From a virus (lineage: Duplodnaviria > Caudoviricetes), in IMG/VR virus record IMGVR_UViG_2772190661_000001, positions 63,706 through 127,705 of that record: DNA of 64,000 nt; one strand, 5' to 3'. Made by a program: the position numbers and the translations under genes. Position 1 is the stretch's first letter; each line of letters begins with the position of its first letter. Shown piece by piece: positions 56,613-64,000 of the stretch. The notes under the pieces were generated by a model, which searched no databases, was not told the DNA's origin, and saw only the letters and a program-made list of their open reading frames with translations.

Positions 56613-58460
56613 GTGAGCATCACCGCACTGCCCCATGACCTCACCTCGCCAGCAGATGACGACCTGCTCGCCGACGAGGGTGAGGCGAACTCCCACGATT
56701 CATCGGTCACAGAGGACCGGGACACCGTCCAGCACACGCCCGGCGAAGCGGACCAGGACGAGGAGCTTCCCGGCCGGTACAGGTCCATCCCCGTCAAGAG
56801 CGTCATCGTCAACGAACGCAACGTCCGCACCGATGCCGTCGCCCTGCCCGGCATCGTGATGAACCTGCGCACCAGCGGCATGAAGGGCATGCTCGCGCCC
56901 GTCATCGTCGTCTCTCTCGGCACCAGCGACGCCCCGGAGGCAGACCCGGAGATCGTCGCGCAGGCCGACAGCGGCGACGGGGACCACGACGGCGGCGAGG
57001 GCAAAGACGCAGACGAAAGCGAAGACGAGGACACCACGACGTACCTGCTGATCGATGGCGAACAGCGGTACCTGTCCGCCGTGGAGGCAGGGCAGAAGAA
57101 GATCCAAGCGATCATCCGTGACGATCTGGCCGGTGACCGAGATCAGATCATCGCGATGCTGCGCCAGTCGCACCGCACCGACCCGTCCGGGATGCAGCAG
57201 GCCCGCGCGTTCGAGCTGCTGGCCTTGGACGGCATGTCCGACGACGAGATCGCCGACAGCACCGGCTACCTGCCTCAGGTCGTCACCGCCAGCCGCCGGG
57301 CAGCACGTATGGGCACCAGCCTCACCGCCTCCGCCGCCCAGACCGGCCTCGACCTCACCCAGCTCGCCAAGCTCGCCGAGTACGCCGACGACGAGCAGGC
57401 GGCTGCGGCGCTCATCGCTGCCGCAGAAGACGGCCCGCACGAGTTCGCCCGCGCCGCCCTGCGGGCGGACAACGCCCGCGAGGCCGCACGTCAATGCGAG
57501 GTGCGCCGGGCCGCCCTGCGCGCCGAGGGCGTGGCGCTTCTCGCTCAGCGGCCCGATTGGTCCGACAAGACGCACAAGCCGCTGGTGGAGCTGCGCAACC
57601 ATGACGGCCGCACGGTGACGGCCGACAGCCACCGCAGCTGCCCCGGCCACGCCATCTACCTGACGACCGGTGACCCGAGGCCCCGAGAGTTCTACTACTG
57701 CACCGACTACGCCAAGCACCGCCACCAGCTCTACAGCAGCATCAGCGGCGCGCGACGCGGCAAGATGTCGGAAGCCGAGCGCGCCGACCTGCGTATCACC
57801 AAGGAGAACAACCGGCGCATGGACGCCGCCAGCCCCGTCCGCCGGGAGTTCGTCGCCCAGATGCTGGCGGCCCGGAAGGCACCGAAGGGCGTCGGACGGC
57901 TGGTCGCCCAAATGCTCACCACACACTGCGAGGTGCTGGAGTCCTGGTCCAAGCGCGGTCGGCCGATGCTCGACGAGCTGATGTATCCCGGCAAGGCGCG
58001 CCGCCCCGGCACCGCGTACGTTCCGGCCAAGGCCACCGAGGAACGCTGCCGCACCATCATGCTGACCGCGATCGCCGCCGCGATCGAAAGCCGCATCACC
58101 AAGACGACGTGGCGCACCGTCGAACCCGCCGTGGCGCTGTGGCTGGAATTCTGCGAGACGAACGGCTTCGCCCTCGACCCGGTGGAAAAGATCATCATCG
58201 AGAAGGCGGGTCCGGCCGGAAGGCCGAGGCCGGGTACACCCCCACTGAGCACGACCGTGTCGCAGATCGCGGCGGGCCCGGACATCACTGCGACGGACAC
58301 AGACCCGGTAAATGACCTGGCGTTCGGTGAGGAGGAGCCGCCGGAGCCGATCGATACCGGCGATGAGCTTGCCCAGCTCGCGGCACTCGTGAGCGCTCCC
58401 GGCCCCACGGATGAATCCGATGACGATGACTTCGACGCGTCCATCCCGGTAGCCGCCTGA
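56613..58460 (+). CDS. ParB/Srx N-terminal domain protein (plasmid/ICE leading-region type)
   Basis: NERNVR, LAPVIV, LIDGEQR, HTH (DDEIADSTGY), C-terminal HRSCPGH...YYCTD. Confidence 0.85.
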   Translation: MSITALPHDLTSPADDDLLADEGEANSHDSSVTEDRDTVQHTPGEADQDEELPGRYRSIPVKSVIVNERNVRTDAVALPGIVMNLRTSGMKGMLAPVIVVSLGTSDAPEADPEIVAQADSGDGDHDGGEGKDADESEDEDTTTYLLIDGEQRYLSAVEAGQKKIQAIIRDDLAGDRDQIIAMLRQSHRTDPSGMQQARAFELLALDGMSDDEIADSTGYLPQVVTASRRAARMGTSLTASAAQTGLDLTQLAKLAEYADDEQAAAALIAAAEDGPHEFARAALRADNAREAARQCEVRRAALRAEGVALLAQRPDWSDKTHKPLVELRNHDGRTVTADSHRSCPGHAIYLTTGDPRPREFYYCTDYAKHRHQLYSSISGARRGKMSEAERADLRITKENNRRMDAASPVRREFVAQMLAARKAPKGVGRLVAQMLTTHCEVLESWSKRGRPMLDELMYPGKARRPGTAYVPAKATEERCRTIMLTAIAAAIESRITKTTWRTVEPAVALWLEFCETNGFALDPVEKIIIEKAGPAGRPRPGTPPLSTTVSQIAAGPDITATDTDPVNDLAFGEEEPPEPIDTGDELAQLAALVSAPGPTDESDDDDFDASIPVAA

Positions 58461-58542
58461 CGGCGTCAGCGTGGCGCGTGCCGGACGCCCACCCGGTGCG
58501 CGCCACACCGCCTCCCTTACGGAACCCAGCCACCAGCCGAGC

Positions 58543-58602
58543 TGGACACTTCCGCACAAACGAGGTATATTAGTAGCTATTGGCGGGGAGGCAAGCCCCG
58601 CC
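58543..58602 (+). promoter_or_regulatory. Conserved promoter + hairpin leader, copy 4
   Basis: TGGACA-N17-TATATT-AGTAG; GGCGGGG-AGGCAAG-CCCCGCC. Confidence 0.85.
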
Positions 58603-58641
58603 GCACCACAGCAGAAACCACCACGGCGAAAGGCATCCATC

Positions 58642-58929
58642 ATGAGCACCCACACCCTGATAGCCATCAAGGCCTCACCTGCCGTGCAGGTCACCGCCGG
58701 GTGGGACGGCCCGCTCGGCACGTTCTTCGGCTCAGTGGTCGACAACGGCGATGAGATCTTCGCGGTCGGCACTACCCGGCGGAAGGTCACCGACCCTGCC
58801 GTCGTGATCGACGGGCTGCGCCCCTACGCGCTCATCCCCGACAGCCTGCGCGCAACCCTCCGCGCGGACGCCTGGCGTGAGGGGAACCGTCAGGTACCGG
58901 CACCGGTCAGCGCCGCACCGGCTTCCTGA
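58642..58929 (+). CDS. Hypothetical protein
   Basis: GWDGPLGTFFGSV motif seen in small mobile-element proteins. Confidence 0.7.
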   Translation: MSTHTLIAIKASPAVQVTAGWDGPLGTFFGSVVDNGDEIFAVGTTRRKVTDPAVVIDGLRPYALIPDSLRATLRADAWREGNRQVPAPVSAAPAS

Positions 58930-59208
58930 CCCTCGCCAAGCCCGTCACCGCGCCGGGCGGAGCACGCACGACATGCCCCGCCCGGCTGCGGTTCACGCCG
59001 CGGGAGCACGCGTCCCGCGTGCATTGAGCACGCGCTCCGCGTCTCCATCTGCCCGCGCCCCGCTGTGCTCGCCGGCCGCACGGACGCGCATCGAGCGCCC
59101 CCGCGCGGGCCCCGCGGCGGCGCCTCACGTGCCGCCGACGGCAGCAACCGACAACACCTCATCCGGTCCGGGTGCCGACGCGCCCGGCCGGCTCCGAAAG
59201 GCTTTCAG

Positions 59209-59565
59209 ATGTCCCAACGCTACGAGACGTATCACGGCGGCGCAGAGATCGAGATCGTCCCACCAGGGACTGCTCTCGGCGACGAACTCACCGACGATCA
59301 CTCCCTGGTCATCGGCAATCCATGGTCCTCCGCCCTGGCACTGACCGGGGGATTCGACGTCATCGAGTCCTTCGCCCGCGAGATCCTCGCCGAGGTCGCC
59401 GACGCCCGCCGCACCGCCGACGTCATCGACGTCGAAGAAGTCCCTACGAACGCGCTCTCCGCATCTCCACACCAGCCCTTCGCCACGACGCCACCGCCCA
59501 CCTACGTCGACACCCCGCACGATGCCGCACACCGCGCCATCGCCGCCGCGCAGGAACTGCGGTGA
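59209..59565 (+). CDS. Small acidic hypothetical protein
   Basis: GAAAGG RBS; D/E-rich. Confidence 0.6.
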   Translation: MSQRYETYHGGAEIEIVPPGTALGDELTDDHSLVIGNPWSSALALTGGFDVIESFAREILAEVADARRTADVIDVEEVPTNALSASPHQPFATTPPPTYVDTPHDAAHRAIAAAQELR

Positions 59566-59996
59566 AAGCCCGCAGAGCCGATGGCGGTACAGAGGCCGCC
59601 GTGCGTGAGATGCGTCGACACCTGCGCCGCGCCCGCGCGGCGGCAGAGGCGGACAGCGCCGCCCAGGAAATCGCGGTGCTGCGGGCCGCGCTGGACTTCG
59701 CGGTCTCCGTGCGCTGGCCGGACCTGCCCGACATCGGCGTGCCACGCACGGCCAGCATGCGCACCATCGTCCTCATCCGCAGGGCCACCGATCCTGATCC
59801 ATGGCACTACCTCACGGTGCAGGACCTGAAGCGCGGCGACGAATTCGCCTTCGTCGACGCCGCCGGTTTACCGACCACCTGTCATGTGCTGGAAGCCCGC
59901 TTCGGCATCGACACGGACACCTGCCATCTCTACCTCAGCGCACTCGACTTGGTCGGCTTCACCGCCCCTCTACGGGCCACCATCACCCGCGCATAG
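59562..59996 (+). CDS. Hypothetical protein
   Basis: GTGA-coupled to the previous ORF. Confidence 0.55.
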   Translation: MKARRADGGTEAAVREMRRHLRRARAAAEADSAAQEIAVLRAALDFAVSVRWPDLPDIGVPRTASMRTIVLIRRATDPDPWHYLTVQDLKRGDEFAFVDAAGLPTTCHVLEARFGIDTDTCHLYLSALDLVGFTAPLRATITRA

Positions 59997-60141
59997 CCCT
60001 ATCACGGCAGAACGCGCGGACTCCCCTGTACTCCGCCACGCACCGGCGATCCCGTCCACGCCAGGCCGCAGGTCCGCACGGACACGCTGCCCGGCTCTGA
60101 TCGGCGCGCCCCGCCGATACCCCGGAAGGAATCTCATTGCG

Positions 60142-61743
60142 ATGACCGAACACACCGACGCCTCCGACAACCTGGCCGGTCGTAGCCCGTACCGGCTGCC
60201 GGCCGAGATGTACGCGCCGCAGCTGCCCAGCGACGACGACGCGCCGCTGGCGATCGCGCACGACCACCATCACGGCACCCGGCTGGAGGGCGGGTGCCGT
60301 GATGACGGGACCCTGCCCATCGCCGAACGCCACGGCCTCGCCTGGCGGCGCGACTGTGGCGTGCACCTGTCCGGCAGCCGGGACAGCTTCGCCGATCTGT
60401 CGCTCATCACCGCGCTCGCCGCGGACCTGCGCGCCGCCGGGCACCGCGTCGCCGTTCACATCGACGACCTCTGGCGGCCTGCCCACGCCCGCCAGGACGA
60501 CCGCGCGGCCCGCGCCGGGGCTCGCGCGGCCCGGCTCGAATACCGCGCGGGTCTCGCCGCCGGCTGCGCCGCCACCGCGTACGCCGCCGAGCGGGACATC
60601 CGCGACGGCTGGCCCCTTGGACAGCCGATCCTCACCGACCACCACAGCGCACCACGGCACCGGCGCGCGCTGGCGCGCGCCGACGCTCACCGGGAGAAAG
60701 CAGCCGCCGAATCCGAGTACGCCGCATACCTCACCGGGCGGGCCGCCGCCGCGCGCCGCACCGAGGCCGACGCCCACGGCCACCCCCGGGCCCTCATGCG
60801 CCGCCTCGACACGCTCACCGCAGACCTGCGCCGCTGGGAACACGTCGCCGAAACGGCCACGACCCCGGCCAGGCAGCGCCGGGCCGCGCTGGAGGCCGAA
60901 CGGATCCACGAGGACATCGCCCACCAGCAGGCCGTGCTCGCCGAGCTCGCCGCACGGGACGAGTTCGTCGCCTGGTCACGCGAAGACTTCCGGCCCGGGG
61001 ACCTGGCCAACATCGGTGGGCTGTGGTGCCACGTCGCGCGCGTCAACCGGGCCAGCATCAGCGTCCTGCGGCCCGACGCCTACCCCGGCGAGAAAGCCCG
61101 CCCGGTGCGGTGGGACGCCGTGCACGGCCGCCGACGCGACGGCCAGCAGCACGACACCCCCACCGGCACGCCGTGGCCGGTCGCGCATGCCGTCGCCGTC
61201 GACCGGTGGCAGCGCCTGCAGGCACGCGCCGATTCCACCAGCCGCGGCACCGCCGACGAGGCCCGGCACGTGGCCGCCGCGCGCCGGATCGCCGCCGGCC
61301 TGCCCGTCACCGCCGCCGCGGCCGAACTCGCCGCCCGGCCAGGCCCCGACCACATCGACGGCCAGCGCACCGCAGCGAGGCTGACCTTGGAGATCTTCGA
61401 CCGGCTCGCCGCCGGCGACACCCCGGCCGACGTCACCGCCGCGGTCGCCGACTCTGTCGCCGCGCTCCGCGCGCTCTGCCCGCCCCCAGCCTGGACCATG
61501 CCCGACGGCCAGCCCATCGACAGGCGCATAGACCAGCTGCAGCCCGGCGACATCATCGCCGGTATATGGGAGCGCGGCTATTCCGGCCGGATCCTCGCGC
61601 GCACCGTCTGCGGCCCCGTCGCCGACGTCAGCACCGCCCGCGACCGGCGTGAGTCCGGCACCTGGCACACCATCACCCTCAGCGCCGGCGAGCAGTACGA
61701 CCACCAGTCACACATCTGGTTCGCCGTCCACCCCCGCCCGTAG
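60142..61743 (+). CDS. DUF3560 domain protein
   Basis: PLGQPILTDHHS..RHRR; WSREDFRPGD...VARVNRASISV. Confidence 0.85.
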   Translation: MTEHTDASDNLAGRSPYRLPAEMYAPQLPSDDDAPLAIAHDHHHGTRLEGGCRDDGTLPIAERHGLAWRRDCGVHLSGSRDSFADLSLITALAADLRAAGHRVAVHIDDLWRPAHARQDDRAARAGARAARLEYRAGLAAGCAATAYAAERDIRDGWPLGQPILTDHHSAPRHRRALARADAHREKAAAESEYAAYLTGRAAAARRTEADAHGHPRALMRRLDTLTADLRRWEHVAETATTPARQRRAALEAERIHEDIAHQQAVLAELAARDEFVAWSREDFRPGDLANIGGLWCHVARVNRASISVLRPDAYPGEKARPVRWDAVHGRRRDGQQHDTPTGTPWPVAHAVAVDRWQRLQARADSTSRGTADEARHVAAARRIAAGLPVTAAAAELAARPGPDHIDGQRTAARLTLEIFDRLAAGDTPADVTAAVADSVAALRALCPPPAWTMPDGQPIDRRIDQLQPGDIIAGIWERGYSGRILARTVCGPVADVSTARDRRESGTWHTITLSAGEQYDHQSHIWFAVHPRP

Positions 61744-61837
61744 CACCCCCGGCGACGCGGCCCGCACGCCTCGCCGGACGGCAGCCTGCCGACCGAGCCC
61801 GGACCGCGTCGCCGACTCTTCCAGACAGGACCTCACC

Positions 61838-62449
61838 ATGCGCTTTCCCCTGTACTTGCTGATCTCCCGATCCGCTGCTGGCACCGACATCACCGTGTTC
61901 GCCACCAGCACCGACGCCTATACCGCGCGCGCTGCCGCGGCCCGCGCCGACTGGGCACAGCTCGCGGGCCGACCATTGACCGGCCCCGGCCGGCCGACCG
62001 ACGCCACCGTCCCGGACACGCCCCCGGCCGACGACGAACGAGCCGGCAACTTCGACTGGGCCACCCGCCACGACCAGGGTGCCAACGAATCCAGCTACGT
62101 CGAGGAACACCACCTCGACCTCGCCGCACTCGATCCGGCCGCTCTCGCCTGCTGGCAGAACGCCATCGCCACCGAGATCGCGCACCGCACACCGCCACTC
62201 ACGAACGACGCCGTCACCGACTGCGCCAGCACACCGACGGGCACCTCACCTTCCGCCACCACACCAACACTGGGCGAAGTGTTCGACCCGCGTGAGGTCG
62301 GCGTGATGTTCTCCTGGCCCGTGCACGGTGCCGGCCGAGCAATGCCGGTCCGCGACGCGGCGGGCCGGATCCGAGTCTTCGAATCGGACGGACGACGGGT
62401 CGGATGGGCAGACATCGGAGCAGTCGAGTGGACGGACAGCCTCCCATGA
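61838..62449 (+). CDS. Hypothetical protein
   Basis: AGGA RBS + ATG. Confidence 0.5.
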   Translation: MRFPLYLLISRSAAGTDITVFATSTDAYTARAAAARADWAQLAGRPLTGPGRPTDATVPDTPPADDERAGNFDWATRHDQGANESSYVEEHHLDLAALDPAALACWQNAIATEIAHRTPPLTNDAVTDCASTPTGTSPSATTPTLGEVFDPREVGVMFSWPVHGAGRAMPVRDAAGRIRVFESDGRRVGWADIGAVEWTDSLP

Positions 62450-62667
62450 GCGAGTCACCCCGCCCGCGCGTGGAACTCACCGCGACTGTCTTACGTCACG
62501 TGCGCCAAGCGTTGAGCGAGTACGGAGGTGACCAGGCGAACGGGCCGCGGATGGTAATCACTCCCGACCCGGCCGAGCCGTGCTACTTCCACGTCTCGCT
62601 ACGCACGGCGCCGTCGGCCCACATGATCACCATGCATGTCAGCGTCGATGACATCGAGATGCACTGA
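62446..62667 (+). CDS. Hypothetical protein
   Basis: ATGA-coupled to the previous ORF. Confidence 0.45.
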   Translation: MSESPRPRVELTATVLRHVRQALSEYGGDQANGPRMVITPDPAEPCYFHVSLRTAPSAHMITMHVSVDDIEMH

Positions 62668-63136
62668 CCTCACCGCCAGCACAGCCACCTCCGCCAGACA
62701 TCGATCACACGACGCCTGGCGGACCGCCCAGCGTCTGATGCTGCCTCGCGACGTAACAACCCGGCGATACCGAGAAAGGTAAACGCGGCCGACGCCCACC
62801 CCGAAGGGGGAAACACCACAAGGGTGCGTCTGGCAAGAACCGCCGGCCGCTTCAGCAAGAAACCACTCCGAGAACAGCGGCCTTTCGGTCACTGCGCCAG
62901 AGATAGGCATCTCAGCCCTGGACTATACCGGCCCACACCCAGGCTCGGGCACTGCGTGTTCCGCCTGGCAGACACGCTGGATGGGCCATATGACCGGTCT
63001 CGGAGAGGTAGGCCTCGTGCTTCCCCACATCGTCACCGAATCGGCGGTGCACCGGCGCACCGTGACAGCACCGCCTCAGCCGTCATGGCCGGGAACCCGG
63101 CTGCGCACCCGTCGCGCGATACGGCACGATCAGCAC

Positions 63137-64000
63137 ATGGCACGCGCTATCGACCGCAGCGGGGACCCTGACGAGCTCGTGGGCACCCACGAGGCCGCAC
63201 GCGTGCTCGGCTACCCACAGCACAAGGCACTACCACAAGGCCTTCTTGACCGCGCCGACGAGATCGACGACGACGGCCACGTCCTACGGCGCCGGTTCCG
63301 GCGCGCAACGCTGTGGGACTACGCCGACACCGGCCTTGGTGCCGGGACCACCGCCGTCGACGGTCCGGAGCACTTGGACCGACGTGGAGTTGCCGAACGC
63401 GCCGGCGTGCGCGTCGGCGCCGTGGACGTCTGGATCGCTCATCGGTCTACCAATGGCTTCCCGCCCATGACCCGGGACCACGGGTGCGACGCGGACGCTC
63501 TCGACGCGTGGCTTGCACGACGCGCCGAGGAGCGCCGCGGCCTCCTTACCGAGGTCGATTACACCGCCGATCCCGAAGACCTCGTCAGCCAGGCAGGCGT
63601 GGCGCGTATCGCCGGCTACGCGAAAGTCGAGAATCTGCGCGGCTCATCGCTGATCACTGCCCTGGACCAGCGCAACAACCCGGAACATAATCAGCAACTG
63701 CCCAGCGGCCGCATCCGCAAACGCTGGCCGGTCCGCGTCGTCTGGGAAGTCCTGGAGCAGCGGACCGGCCGGACGGGTCGGCCGACCGGTGCGATCGCGG
63801 CCAGCCGTGTCGTCGACCGCAGCGGCGATCCTGACGAATTGGTCGCTGCCGCCGAAGCCGCTCGAGTGCTCGGCTACCCACGTCCCGCCAGCCTGCCTCC
63901 ACGCGTCCTCGACGCCGCAGACGAGGTGACGACCAGTGAGACCGGCAAGGTCACGCGTCGTCGTTGGAAACGATCGACTCTCTGGGGAATCGCCGGCTGA
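63137..64000 (+). CDS. Protein of four tandem Xis/MerR-like winged-HTH modules
   Basis: DRSGDPDELV..EAARVLGY...RRR(F/W).R.TLW twice, plus two diverged modules; start uncertain. Confidence 0.65.
   Translation: MARAIDRSGDPDELVGTHEAARVLGYPQHKALPQGLLDRADEIDDDGHVLRRRFRRATLWDYADTGLGAGTTAVDGPEHLDRRGVAERAGVRVGAVDVWIAHRSTNGFPPMTRDHGCDADALDAWLARRAEERRGLLTEVDYTADPEDLVSQAGVARIAGYAKVENLRGSSLITALDQRNNPEHNQQLPSGRIRKRWPVRVVWEVLEQRTGRTGRPTGAIAASRVVDRSGDPDELVAAAEAARVLGYPRPASLPPRVLDAADEVTTSETGKVTRRRWKRSTLWGIAG

Larger units (their letters stand above)
29403..64000. mobile_element. Integrative (probably conjugative) element / genomic island; right end outside the window
   Basis: Serine integrase at a disrupted host gene, toxin-immunity and IS cargo, DUF932/ParB/DUF3560 array. 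Confidence 0.75.

Noticed and set aside
52067-58602. CRISPR-like or transposon-end interpretation of the four dispersed repeats
   Set aside because: Spacing is irregular and kb-scale, and each copy has exact -35/17/-10 geometry before a gene
62730-62790. Hammerhead ribozyme or c-di-GMP riboswitch
   Set aside because: CTGATGC does not fit the CUGANGA core, and the GGCAAAC/GCAAA elements are absent

Overview
High-GC actinobacterial (Micromonosporaceae-like) chromosome segment in three blocks. (1) 1-~24.4 kb: early/middle arm of a prophage, all on the minus strand (Cro-like and Xis-like HTHs, YqaJ/RecT recombinase pair, RusA-like, ASCH, antirepressor, PAPS-reductase-like, DUF5131, GIY-YIG, replication initiator, DnaB, DNA methyltransferase, DUF397, TerS-like, GH26-like, NlpC/P60, DUF6221). 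It abuts a tRNA-Arg terminator with no repressor or integrase beside cro. (2) 24.4-29.4 kb: a minus-strand operon of six tRNAs (Trp, Pro, Gly, Gln, Ser, Arg) with an embedded HNH gene. It is preceded by a WhiB7/WblC-like promoter, a 33-codon leader peptide and an attenuator-like terminator, and the leader contains codons for all six tRNAs. Host genes follow (GrpE-like, Hsp70-like, DUF6204, MTH1187). (3) 29.4-64 kb: an integrative element inserted by a large serine recombinase into the MTH1187/thiamine-binding gene. It carries a Tat-signal triple beta-propeller nuclease toxin with an immunity gene, IS1380 and IS110, a YobI/KAP NTPase, and a leading-region-like array (DUF932, ParB-like, DUF3560) driven by four copies of a conserved promoter plus GGCAAG-loop hairpin leader. 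Family calls come from motif recognition by eye; no searches were run.
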